Part shown: positions 12,781 through 25,370 of the stretch, in pieces
Layout of the letters: each line of letters begins with the position of its first letter
Numbering within the stretch: the first letter of the stretch is position 1
NCBI RefSeq assembly: GCF_964194155.1
Contig: NC_135904.1
Coordinates: 11,656,001 to 11,720,000, forward strand
Length of the DNA: 64,000 nucleotides
Source: Cetorhinus maximus
Taxonomy: Eukaryota
Reading direction: 5' to 3'
Position numbers and translations under genes: made by a program
The notes under the pieces: model-generated
Told to the model about the DNA's origin: nothing
What the model saw: the letters and a program-made list of their open reading frames with translations, nothing else
Database searches by the model: none

Positions 12781-14099
12781 CTGCATCCTAACATCTCACT
12801 GGAGACGAGGGAAGTGGTACCTTCCCACTGAAACAGGGAGGGGAGAAAGCATGGGGAGAGGGACTAATTGGATAGTTCTTTTTAAAAGCTGGCAGAGGCA
12901 TGAAGGTCTAATGATCAACAGGAAATCTGACGGAGCTCATCAAAAGTCATGCCAGAGTTTGCAAAGTAAATAAAGAAAAACTACTGCCACTGAGTGGTAA
13001 AAGAGTCTTGTGGCTACAGAGCGTCCATTTATAATCTAAAGAACAAAAGGAAGCAGTTGGGAGAATCTCCCTGGAGCTGAAAAGGTTAAGGGCGAGTTGT
13101 TGAGATCTTCAAAATCATGACAGATTTTGATAGAATATAAAGAGAAACTACTTCCATTGGCAGACCAGTCAGCAATCAGAGAAAACAGATTTAAGGTAAC
13201 TGGCAAAAAGAGAAAAAATAAAGCCTGAAACAGTGTAAGAAACAGGGGCAGATTCAATAACAATTTTCAAAATGGGAATTGGATAAATATTTGAAGGGGT
13301 AAAGTTTGCAGGGGTATGGGAAGTTGGGGGGTTGGTGGGTGGGGCAAACTGAATAGCTTTATCAAATAGCCAACATAGGCATGGGCCAAATCACTTCCTT
13401 CTGTGATGCATTTACTCATTTTTATTATCACAGAATTGTTAGGACATGGAATACTCTACCAGAAAATGGAAGGAAGCAGTTTTTGAAAGGGAACAGCATA
13501 AGTATTTGAAAAACAAAAAAACTCAGTGCCTGAGGAAAATGGCAGGGAAATAGGAATCAGTAATGCAGGCAAAAGGCCTCTGTGCTGTAAAAGTTCTACA
13601 AGGCAATATTTATCTGCGCATGCAGCCATCTATGTGCACATGCCCCTTTAAACCCAAGCTGCTGAGCAGATTTTTCCCATCACTCTATCACACGAGCTGT
13701 CAATGCAAGGCTAAAGCTGCACTGGGAGATTACGCAAATGAAAAATGACCCTACAAAATCAGAACAAGTCACCGCAGCACATTGCAGACAAGCCTGGGCA
13801 AGACAGCCAACTCCTAGCACAGACCTAGCATAAAGAATCTGGGCTACTGAAGGAAAATTTCACATTCCCACCATTACGCGTTGCTGAAATTGAAAAAATA
13901 TTGGGAGTCGTTAAAAAAATTGCATTCTTGGATAAAAGTCAGAGCTGCAGATTCCAGAATGTGAGGCCCACCAGGTTTGTGCTGGTCTTGTAATTACAAG
14001 CTGAAATCACAATCGATTAAATTAGTGTTTTTGGAATGTTCTTCCTAAAACCCCTCTGGCCCTGTCAAGTGCCAACCTGGATGTAAACTTTACATACAT

Positions 14100-14500
14100 C
14101 ATCAGCTTGGCTCAGTTCATAGTGTTCCCATCCAAATCTTGGGGTTCAAGCCCCACTCCCAAGACTCGTGTGCCTAATCCAGACCAACATTTCAGTGCAG
14201 TCCTGCTGCACTGAGCTGCTGCGTTTCAGGTGATGCTAAACCCAGGTCCTACATGCCTGTGACCACTAAAGACCTAATGACACCATTTGAGGAGTTGGCC
14301 AAGATGCTGGCCAATATTCATTCTCCAAACGCCATCACCAAAAAGGATAGCTGCTCAGTTAGCATTTACTGATTGTGGGAACGTATGTACAACGCTTGCT
14401 AACAGACAGTGCAATTTCCAAAGCAATTTATTGACTTGAATCTCATTCGGACATCGTGAAGCTGCGAAAGGGGGCTACAAAAATTAAATTTTACTTTCTT
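14100..14500 (+). mobile_element. Deu-domain SINE copy (others at about 4270-4535, 6110-6385, 6435-6740, 29880-30080, 35490-35630, 38260-38560, 63640-63750)
   Basis: tRNA-like head (TTGGCTCAGTT...GGTTCAAGCCCC) followed by degenerate Deu core and tail motifs. Confidence 0.6.
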
Positions 14501-15734
14501 GCTCCACGTCTCTTCCTAACCTTCAAAACAAAAAAAACCCTTCCAAACCCATCTGTATAACCGTGTAGCTGGTCATGCAGGCGTCACTTTCTTTACGGAA
14601 GAGACTGAGGTGACTGGAGGCCATTTCTTTTTTAGTCCTGCGAGTTGATACAATCTGAAAGCAGGTTCCATAACAATTTTCAAAAGGGAATTAGATATAG
14701 CGGGAAATGGAAGAACTTGCAGGGCTAATGGGGAGAGAGCAGGGGGCACTGGGACTAATAGGCCAGCTCTTTCAAAGGGCTGGCATAGGCACAATGGGCT
14801 GAATTACCTCTTTCTGTACTGTACCATTCTCCATCTCCCTCCTGTTCACTTTGATAGGATGTTTCATTACATTAAAAGGTGATACACAAACGCAAGTTAT
14901 TGGAGCGGCAGCGCTGATTTAGTGGATCGTTAAAACCAGGTTACCTAAAGCAACCTCACAGCTTTCTGATTTGCAAATGATTTGCAGTAGTGAATAAAAC
15001 ATTTCAATTTGATGGCAATATCAAATAAAGAACTCTGTGGTAATGAAAAGCAGCACTCACTGAATCATTTATCAACATTAGGGGTAATCTGAAACTGCAT
15101 TAGAGAGGAGTCAGTCTCAAAAGACCATCGTCCCTCCTTAGATATACACAAAAAGCATTTTAAAATTCATATTAAGGCATCTGATTAGAAAATGAGCCAA
15201 ACAGTACAAGATCTGCATTATATCAGTAGGTTCTGTCACTAACCCAGAGTTTTCTCACAAGCTCATTTCTCATGTTAATTCAGCTTCACCCCAAGCAAAT
15301 CTTGTTCCCTCCTCCCCAAAGGTGCCATTTTAGCGCCACAGACCCAGCAACCTCCACATCCAAACGTGAAGTCTTCATGCTGGATGGTGTGTTGGCAGGC
15401 TACTTGACCATGAGGCATATCACACTTGACCCGATTTTGATTTCAGCTCATGGCGGCAGGTGCACTAGCCAGCTAGGAGCTACCAGAAAGAAGTCAGGAT
15501 CGTGCCTGAATTTCTTCCTCCCTAATTCAGTGACTAGGTTGAATGTATTGCCCCTACAGCTACTGCAGCTGAGGCCACCTAACTTAGCACAAACCAGGGG
15601 CTGAAATGGGAACATTTTGTGCATTCCCCCCACATCAGTACAATACTTATATTTGGAAGCAATTTAACAGATATTCCCAAAATTTATATAAATTGTATAG
15701 ATTTTGCACCAAGTTCATGCCTGTATCTGTATAT

Positions 15735-17228
15735 ATCTTTCAGGAATCCCTGGAGTCAGGGAGGGTCCCAGAGGACTGGAAAATTGCTAATGTAACCCCC
15801 CTGTTTAAGAAGGGAGTGAGGTAAAAGACGGGAAATTACAGGCCGATTAGCCTGACCTCGGTCGTTGGTAAGGTTTTAGAGTCCATTATTAAGGATGAGA
15901 TTTCAGAATACTTGGAAGTGCATGGTAAAATAGGGCAAAGTCAGCATGGTTTCATCAAGGGGAGGTCATGCCTGACAAATCTGTTAGAATTCTTTGAGGA
16001 GGTAACGAGTAGGTTAGACAAAGGAGAGCCAATGGATGTTATCTATTTGGACTTCCAGAAGGCCTTTGACAAGGTGCCGCACAGGAAGCTGCTCAGTAAG
16101 ATAAGAGCCCATGGTGTTTGAGGCAAGGTACCAGCACGGACAGAAGATTGGATATCTGGCAGGAGGCAAAGAGTGGGGATAAGGGGGTCCTTCTCAGGAT
16201 GGCGGCCGGTGACTAGTGGAGTTCCGCAGGGGTCAGTGTTGGGACCACAACTTTTCACTTTATACATTAATGATCTAGATGAAGGAACTGAGGGAATCCT
16301 GGCTAAGTTTGCAGATAATACAAAGATAGGTGGAGGGACAGGTAGTATTGAGGAGGCGGGGAGGCTGCAGAAGGAATTGGACAGGTTAGGAGAATGGGCA
16401 AAGAAGTGGCAGATGGAATACAATGTGGGCAAGTGTGAGGTCATGCACTTTGGTAGGAAGAATAGAGGCATAGACTATTTTCTACATGGGGAGAGAATTC
16501 AGAAATCTGGAGTGCAAAGGGACTTGGGAGTCCTAGTCCAGCATTCTCTTAAGGTTAACTTGCAGGTTGACGTGGTAGTTAGGAAGGCAAATGCAATGTT
16601 GGCATTTATTTCAAGAGGACTAGAACATAAAAGCAGGGATGTGCTACTGAGGCTTTATAAGGCTCTGGTCAGACCACATTTAGAATATTGTGAGCAATTT
16701 TGGACCCCGTATCTCAGGAAGGATGTGCTGGCCCTGGAGAGGGTCCAGAGGAGGTTCACGAGAATGATCCCTGGAATGAAAGGCTTAACATATGAGGAAC
16801 ATTTGAGGACTCTGGGTCTATACTCGATGGAGTTTAGAAGGATTGAGGGGGGATCTGATTGAAACTTACAGAATACTGGAAGGCCTGGATAGAGTGGATG
16901 TGGGGAAGATGTTTCCATTAGTAGGAGAGACTAGGACCCGAGGGCACAGCCAGTAAAGGGAAGACCTTTTAGAACAGAGATGAGGAGAAATTTCTTTAGC
17001 CAGAGAGTGGTGAATCTATGGAATTCATTGCCACAGAAGGCTGTGGAGGCCAGGTCATTGAGTGTATTTAAGACCGAGATAGATAGGTTCTTGATTGGTA
17101 TGGGGATCAAAGGTTACGGGGAGAAGGCGGGAGAATGGGGTTGAGAAACTTATCAGCCATGATTGAATGGCAGCGCAGACTCAATGGGCCGAATGGCCTA
17201 ATTTCTGCTCCAAGTCTTATGGTCTTAT
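15735..17228 (+). mobile_element. Relatively young CR1 LINE 3' part (RT domain to tail)
   Basis: Long open segments (PEDWKIANVTPLFKKG, YLDFQKAFDKVPH, GVPQGSVLGPQLF, FADNTKIGG, LVRPHLEYC) ending in a TCTTAT-repeat tail. Confidence 0.95.
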
Positions 17229-18287
17229 ATGTTCACTTTCTTAGAAAACAATCTTTGAGTTTATATAGTTCCAGAAGCTAAGTAAAGATAAAATAATTCT
17301 GTGAAGCAGCATGGAAAACAATGACATTTTATTTTAGTCTTAAGTAAAAGAATTCTAACTAGTCTTTACAATACCTGCAATCTTGAAGATACCACACACC
17401 TAAGCTGTTTGAACAGGCGAAACAATAAAGAATTACATATTTGGCATTTTCTCTCATTAACCTAACCTACAGTTGTAAACAATGCATATCTTCAGGACCC
17501 AGCTCTATTGAACACAATGGTATTTACATTTTCTGTTGCTGAACAAAGCAGTGTTGTGGGCACCGTGACAAGGCATCAATTCTGGGGTAAAATGAAGGCA
17601 TCATCTGAATCGTTTTTAAGAGGGGGTGTGTAAATTGGAGCCATCTCTTTGCAATGCTACTTAATTGAGTAAATGTTGTTAACTGTAATAATTTTTGCAA
17701 GTTGTCCATTGATAAAATAGTAATTTTTAAAAATATCCAGTTGAGCATCCTATATAGAGTTGTGATTTTCAGTACAGTCACAATTTTTCTTTTTACAAAC
17801 TCACTTGCGATTATTTTTGCAAATTAACTGTAAAATCACTTGAACGCTTTGAGCAAGCTACAATTTTCCACCAAAATATACAGATCTAATAAGCTGGAAT
17901 ACAAGCAATTTAATCTTTAGTCTCCTTTCTGGGATGTAAGATCATCTTGATACAAAAACCAGGTAACATCAAATCAGTTTCTTTCTGTCCCCTTCGTCCT
18001 GACAAAAGTCAATTCTCTCCTTTTCTAGAGGTAGAAAGACTTTGCTGAGGTGCAGTTCTAGTTAGTTGTGCCCCTCAAGGACTTACATTGCCCAAGTAAC
18101 CTTTATATGAGCCCAGGGTGCACATCAACAGATGCCACGGAGGCATCAGCGCTGAGGTCAAACCTGTCTTCGGTCCAAGTCCAGCTGCACACCTCCAACA
18201 CAGGTCACTGGATAGTTGTCAAGAATGAAGAACAACGTTCCCGTAAACATTTTTTTTTGTTGAGTTGGACCTATTCATTTTAGTTCA

Positions 18288-18398
18288 CAGTGTTCTTTAA
18301 ACCTGTCTGCACGGCAACCGAAATGCAATGACTTGTGCTGGGCTGGTGCAGGAACCTCCAGGTTGCTATGCAGCCATACAACCTACGAGGGAACACTG
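18288..18398. mobile_element. Short hAT-like MITE
   Basis: Terminal inverted repeats CAGTGTTC...GAACACTG; no clean 8-bp target duplication is seen. Confidence 0.45.
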
Positions 18399-19849
18399 AT
18401 ACAGAACCCTAATGGCTCCTGTTTACCCACCGCTCCCCCAGCTTGAGGGTTCTTCAAATACTGCCAACACCTTCAATTCAGCAAATATCTCCTTCAAGTC
18501 TCCTTGTGCCATTCTTTCATCAAGGGCCTAAGCCTCTCCTCGGGCACAAACCAGCCACTTCGGCCACATAAGAGCTGCAAGGTCCACTCACTTTATTCAT
18601 CGTCCTCTCTGCAGATGAGCACCTGGCCACCATTCAAGGCCGGTCCAGAGGTTTGACCAAGATCATAAACGATGGGGCGGAGAGACAATTACTGAAAACG
18701 ATTTGACACAACCCGTCATTTGCAGGGTTGACAAGAAAATGCTAATTCTACAGCTTTGATGACAGATTCAGAACAGCGTTAGAGAGAGATCTGCTGAGGG
18801 TGTGTTAGATCAACACCTAGTTCTTTACTTACTGAAGACGCAAACTGCATGCATCAATTGCTGGCCTGATGTGCTGAGAATGTGGCCTCTAGAAAATCAG
18901 TGGCACAAGTACAAATGCTACAATAACACAGGACATAAGGATATTTATTGCGGGCTGACGACTGCCATTAAAGACCCATTCTCACAATAGTCTCCACCAC
19001 AAGTGGAGTCATGCATGCCCATTTGTTTTAGCCTGACCAACAAAGCTCTGAATTCAGCCCAGTGCATTGTGAATTCGGAGCATCCCTTCCCAGACTGCAA
19101 ACCACTGCACCGTAAATGTGCCAGAGGTGCCAAGGAAGGTCAACATTCACAATTGTGACTGGATTATTTTTTTTTTTTGCAGAGGTGGTGGCAAACCAGA
19201 CGTTCCCCAACGCCACTGGTAAAATTCCGCGGAAGCAGACAACCGGCACAGTACCCGTCAGGCCACCCAACTTTATGCCTCCCCTACCCCCACCTGTCAG
19301 CCCTCACCTGGGAGGGACGGGAGTGCAAAATTCCAGCTTGCGTTTATGTAACAATGCTATGAAAATGCCATCTAAGATCTGAATCCTCTTCCTCCCCGGG
19401 ACGGCGATGAGAAGAATTTTTTTTTCTCTTGGAGGGTGGTGCGACTTTGGAACTCTCTGTCTCAGAAGGTGAAGGAGGCGGGGTCATTGAATATTTTTAA
19501 GGCAGAGGTAGATAGATTCCCTTGCCTAACAAGAATCGAAGGTTATCGGGGTTAGATGGGAGTGTGGAAATCGAAACACAAGATGATCAGCCATGATCTT
19601 ATTGAATGGCGGAGCAGGCTCGAGAGGCCGAATGGTCTATTCCTGTTCCTATTTCTAATGTTATGCTCCTCCATCTCCAAGTAAAATTTTCCAGAACACA
19701 TTTTATGGTTCAGCATCTTTAGCCTCCTTCAATTTACAACTTATTTTCAAACTAGAAATTTCTCTTGCGTAGAGAGTTCCAATTATTAATATGGTGGGCT
19801 TCTTGAAGCGAGGTCCACTGTATTCAGACAAAATTCCTGCAAAATCAAC

Positions 19850-20240
19850 TTCAATGGGCTGGCCACTATGTCTGGATTGCCCTTTCTCAACTTTCAAATG
19901 GCCAACGCTCCAGGGGAGGACAAAGGGAACACTTCAAAGACACCGTGAAGCTCTCCTTGAAGCATGGTGGCATTGACCTTAATGGCTGGGAGAAGCTTGC
20001 TGCCAATCGGTCAGAATGGCAACTTCTCCATCAAGCTGCATCATGCCACCCGTCCCAACACTTTAATGATCAAGTCACAGAAGGGAAGTAAAGGAAGCAA
20101 ATCTTGCACTACCTTGTGGGTCATTCTGCCCCATATGACCAAAGGTCTGCGGGTTTAAAAATCAGCCTACTCAGTCAGACGAAGACCCATGGCAGAAATC
20201 ACGGCCCCAATTAGACGTCACCCTTAAATTTAAGGACAGT
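19850..20240 (+). mobile_element. RTE-clade LINE 3' fragment
   Basis: Translates GQRSRGGQREHFKDTVKLSLKHGGIDLNGWEKLAANRSEW, resembling the RTE/BovB ORF C-terminus. Confidence 0.65.
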
Positions 20241-20640
20241 GACAACTGTGACTGTAGCATTTAATAGTTCAAGGTTACAGATAAGGTCAATGTTTGCACA
20301 GTGTAGCGTCAACAAGGTGAACATTACTGAATTCTAAATTGTCAAGTCTGGGTAAAAAATGGCTATTCAAACCATTGAAGCACTCCCCTCTCATGGCACA
20401 TTGCTGCAATTTAATTACAGTCACCACAATGTTTTTTCATTCCCTGGATCTTGCTCAAAAGATTACGCCAAACATTTATCACATATTTGTTCCAAACTTA
20501 TTTTTCATTTGTTTCCATTGAGCTCCCTCGCCTTTCACAATTCTAGTCTCTTCTAATAATTCCATATTAGACAATACCTTCCCCATTCAAGCATATTCAC
20601 GATCTTGGTGTTACCTCTATTTTCTGCATTTTATACTTAC

Positions 20641-20708
20641 TTTTTATTCCAGCCACTATAATGTATGAAGTACTTCACTTGTTTGTCCTTTATAGCAACC
20701 TTTACACA
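20641..20708 (-). CDS. MORF4L1: MORF4L1 coding exon 3 (68 nt)
   Basis: ttgtag|TGTGTAAAG...TGGAATAAAAA|gtaagt encodes CVKVAIKDKQVKYFIHYSGWNK, with chromodomain aromatic residues Y46 and W49. Confidence 0.97.
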
Positions 20709-21264
20709 CTACAATACAAAAAAAAGAAAAATTAACTAGATTAAATTCAGCAGCCACGTTTGAGGGGTCATTAGGAAAAGCACACAAAAATATACAAGTA
20801 ATTTTTGATATAATTACTTTAATTGATGTAGAAGTCGAAGGTACATTTATCTATCAGCAGCTAATATTGCAAGACAACTTGCAAAAGCATAGTTAGCACG
20901 AGAAAGAAAAATGGTAACCATTCCAAGAGAAAAGGCGAAGCGTGAGGGATCCCATAAGGGAATGGTCGCCAATGTGCCCTGATCTCTGTTTCCAATGTCG
21001 CAACAGAACAAGCATTCCCTCACCACACCCAAGACACAGCACGCATTCCCTCCATCTAGGGTTAACTGACTAATCCCCAGTGAGATTCCACCTCAATACC
21101 TGATGGCCAAAGATCTGATATTCCAACATTAACTAGCAAATCTTTCCAATTAAATATCAACTCGGGATGAATAAAACCAAAATATGGAGTAAGTCTTTGG
21201 GGATAAAAACTGTAAACTCCACTTAGTGTTGTACCCTAAGCCTCAAACCAATATCCAAACGTAT

Positions 21265-22895
21265 AAATTAGGAGTAGGCCACTCTCCCCTCGAGCCTGTT
21301 CCGCCATTTAGTAAGATCATGGCTGATCTGACTGTAACCTCAACTCCACATTCCCACCTACCCCTGATAACCTTTCACCCCCTTGCTTACCAAGAACCTA
21401 ACTCTGCCTTAAAAATATTCAAAGATTCTCTTCCACCGCCTTTTGGATGAAGAGAGAAAAAAATTGCCCTCATCTCAGTCTTAATAGGGCAGTCCCTTAT
21501 TTTTAAACAGTGACTTATTTTTAAACTAGATTCTCCCACAAGAGGAAACATCCTCTCCACATCCACCCTGTCAAACCCTTTAGAATCTTGTATGTTTCAA
21601 TCAAGTCGCCTCTTACTCTTCTAAACTCCAGTGGATACAAGCCTGGCTTGTCCAACCTTTCCTCATAAGACAACACTCCCATTCCAGGTATTAATCTAGT
21701 AAACCCCTTCCCTGAACTGCTTCCAACACATTTACATCCTTCCTTAAATAAGGAGGCTAATACTGTTCACTGTACTCCAGATGTGGTCTCACCAATGCCC
21801 AGTATAACTTAAGCATAACCTCACTACTCTTGTATTCAACGTCCATCGCAATAAACAATAACATTCTATTAGCTTTCCTAATTACTTGTTGTACCTTCAT
21901 ACTAACATTTTGCGATTCGTGCATTAGGACACCCAAATCCCTCTAAATCTTAGAGCTGTACAATCTCTCACCATTTAGATTATATCCTTTTTTATTCTTC
22001 CTGCCAAAATGGACAATTTCACATTTGCCCACATTATACTCCATTTGCCAGATCTTCACCCATTCACTTAACCTATTGTACCATATTATGGGTTATGTAC
22101 CACAACTCATTGTAGCCTCATGTCCTATTACTTTCCTACCTATCTTTGCATCATCAGCAAATGTAGCAACAATACCTTCGGTTCCTTCATCCAAGTCATT
22201 TATATAACTTGTAACAAGTTGAGGCCCCAGCACTGATTCCCGTGGCACATCACTCATTACATCTTACCAACCAGAAAATGACCAATTTTTGCCTATTCCA
22301 CTTCCTGTTAGCTAGCCAATCTTCTATCCATGTTAGTATGTTACCCCTCCCCCAGCCCACCATGAGCTTTTATTTTCTGCAATAACCTTTGATGAGGCAA
22401 CTTATCAAATGCCTTCTGGAAATCAAAGTGCATCCACCGCTTCCCCTTTATCCACAGCATATGCTACTTCTTCAAAGAACTCCAATAAATTTGTTAACAT
22501 AATTTCCCTTTCACAAAACCATGTTGACTCTGCCTGATTGCCTTGAATTTATCTAAGTGCCGTGCTATAACATCTTTAATAATAGCTTCTAACATTTTCC
22601 CTATGACAGACGTTAAGCCAACTGGCCTGTAGTTTCCTGCTTCGTCTCCCTCCCTTTTTGAATAAAGGAGTTACATTCGCTATTTTCCAAACTAATGGAA
22701 CCTTCCCCAAATCTAGGGAATTTTGGAAAATCAAAACCAATGCATTAACTCTCTCACTAGCCACTTCGGTTAAGACCCTAGGATGAAGTCTATCAGGGCC
22801 CAGGGACTTGTCAGCCCATAGCTCCAACAATTTGCTCCGTACCACTTCCCTGGTAATTGTAATTTTCTCCAGTTCCTTCCTCCCTCCCTTCCACT
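21265..22895 (-). mobile_element. CR1 LINE fragment
   Basis: Contains DKSLGPDRLHPRVL and WKIANVTPLFKKGG, with a CR1 3' UTR (GAATGGCGGAACAGGCTCGAGGG). Confidence 0.9.
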
Positions 22896-24094
22896 TCCTG
22901 ATTTACAGGTTCCCGGTTCATTTTCTGGTTCCTAAAGCTCTCCACTACTGGGGGTTCCCTCACCTCAGGTCTGGGTCTGTTGGAGATTAATCGAAAGAGA
23001 TTGATTCCGCGATTAATCAACAACTCTATTGCTATTTTATCAGTGACAACCAGGATTATAGAACGTGAACTAGACCTAGAAAAGACCTTGTCTTTTCTCA
23101 TCTAGAAGTTTTTAAATTAGGAATACAATTCAAACATGAGTGAATTAACACAATAAACTTAATGCACTCTCTCCTAAATAGTCTAAATATTAAGATACTC
23201 TACTAAAGTGACACGTTGGCTTTGTGTGCACGAAGCTGTCAGTCTTAGCGAACTGGCTCCAGGCAGAGCCTGGATGGCCCACAACCTTCTGAATGAGCAA
23301 CAAGAATGTTAACATTGAGCTAAGGCCAACAGTAAAAGCAGTAGGAAGAGGTGAAGAATGAGAGCAGGGAATGTGTTTTTTTTTTAATAACCTGTAGGAA
23401 TAATGAGCAATGAAGATGCACATAACTCCCATTTATAATGACAGTCCTGTTCTTTCGTGTGAGGCAACAGTAGGTGGTTGGTGAGAAAGGCAGCTTATGA
23501 ACTAGTAAGGCTCTGCTACTGTACCTTGGCTGTGCTCCATCAGGCTTTTTTTTTAAATAAAAAGGGGCAAGTATATTACATTAAACAGAACAAGTCAGCT
23601 CAGAAACAGAAGAATCTCAGCTAAGGCCACTGATTTAGGTTTCATTGAAAAACAGACTGGATCAAATAGATCCATCCTCAAAACTGCCAGAAAAGATCCC
23701 AGAATGCCATTGCATTTGACTGAACATCACCAGAAAACCAATCACAGAATGTGATCCCCAAAATATTAATAAAAGCCCTGCATCCCCATGCAATAAAATG
23801 GATTGAACTTGCTCAGTCACTGAAAATCAATGAACCTAATAGCATTCCCCCTTATTTCCCCCAAATGGAACACAAGCACTCAATGGGGTGGGAGGGGAAA
23901 TCAGTTCCCTATTTCGAGTGAAGTTTCCCCAAAAGTTATGCAAACCAGGATAACTCGCAAAAAAATTCAGTGCCTGATTGTGCTGGCTGAGCTCTGAGGG
24001 GCAGCAGGAAAGGAGCTAGAGTTAGCTTTTGCCATCCATACAGAGAATGGAAAACAAAAAGATGCTTTGGAGATTCTGTTAATTTTTTAAAAAA

Positions 24095-25370
24095 TTCTTT
24101 CACAGGGTGTGGGCGCCAGTGGGTAAGCATTTATTGCCCATCCCTCATTGCCCATGAAAAGGTGCTGGTGGGCCACCTACTTCAACTGCTGCAGTCCATA
24201 CAAACTAGGAGGAGTGGGCCACTCGGCCCCTCAAGCCTGCTCCGCCATTCAACAAGATCATGGCAGATGGATGCAACCTCAACTACACATTCCAACCTAC
24301 CCCCGATAACCTTTCACGCCCTTGCTTACCCCATGTGGTGTAGGTATACCCACAGTGCTGTTACGAAGGGAGTTCCAGGATTTTGACCCAGCGACAGTGA
24401 AGGGGCAGCGATACAGTTCCAAGTCAGGATGGTGTGGGGTTTGGGGAAGAGAACTGCAGGTGGTGGTGTTCCCATGCATCTGCTGCCCTTGACCTTCTAG
24501 GTGGTAAAGGTCACAGGTTTGGAAGGTGCTGTCAAAGGAGCCTTGGCGAGTTGTTGCAGTGCATCTTGTAGGTGGTACACATTGCTGCCACTGTGCATCA
24601 GTGGCGGAGGGAGTGAATGGTGAAGGTGGGTGGATGGGGTTCCAATCAAGAGGACTGCTTTGTCCTGGATGGTGCCAAGCTTCTTGCGTGTTGTTGGATC
24701 TGCACTCATCCAAGCAAGCGGAGAGTATCCCATCAAACTCCTGATTTATGCCTTATAGATGGTGGACAAATTTGGGGAGTCAGGAGTCTCTGCAGAATTC
24801 CCAGCCTCAGTATTTACATGGCTGGTGCAATTCACTTCCTGGTCAATGGTAACCCCCAGGATGTTGGTAGTGGGGGATTCAGCGATAGTAATGCCATTGA
24901 ATGACAAGCGGCGATGGTTAGATTCGCTCTTGTTGGAGATGATCATTGCCTGGCACTTGTGTGGCACAAATGTTACTTGCCACTTATCAGGCCAAGATTG
25001 AACATTGTCTAGGTCTTGCTACATATACGCACGGACTGCTTCAGTATCTGAGTCACCGCGAATGGTGCTGAACATTGTGCAACCATCAGCGACCATCCCC
25101 ACTTCCGACCTTTTGATGGAAGGAAGGTCATTGATGAAGCAGCTGAAGATAGTTGGGCCTAGGACACTACCCTGAGGAACTCCTGCAGTGATGTCCTGGA
25201 ACTGAGATGACTGACCTCCAACAACCACAACTACCTTCCTTTGTGATAGGTATGGCTCCAAGCAACAGAGTTTTCCCCCTGATCCCCACTGACTTCAGCT
25301 TTGGAATGGGTCCTTGACGCCACACTCTGTCAAATGCGGCCTTGATGTCAAGGAAAGTGTCTCTCACCTG
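24095..25370 (-). mobile_element. CR1/L2-group LINE RT fragment interrupted by a short CR1 3'-end insertion (24200-24330)
   Basis: Contains FLDIKAAFDRVW, AGVPQGSVLGPTIFSCFINDLP and PHKCQAMIISNK. The inner insert is flanked by a CCAT duplication (24196-24199 and 24331-24334). Confidence 0.85.

Noticed and set aside
16173-16862. 229-aa reverse-transcriptase ORF as an active or domesticated gene
   Set aside because: It is part of a 5'-truncated CR1 with stops upstream, a frameshift downstream and an altered FADN catalytic motif.
10976-20640. Orthologue of the mammalian MRG15 long-isoform cassette exon in intron 3
   Set aside because: No recognisable frame-preserving exon with similarity was found by eye, so it cannot be supported.
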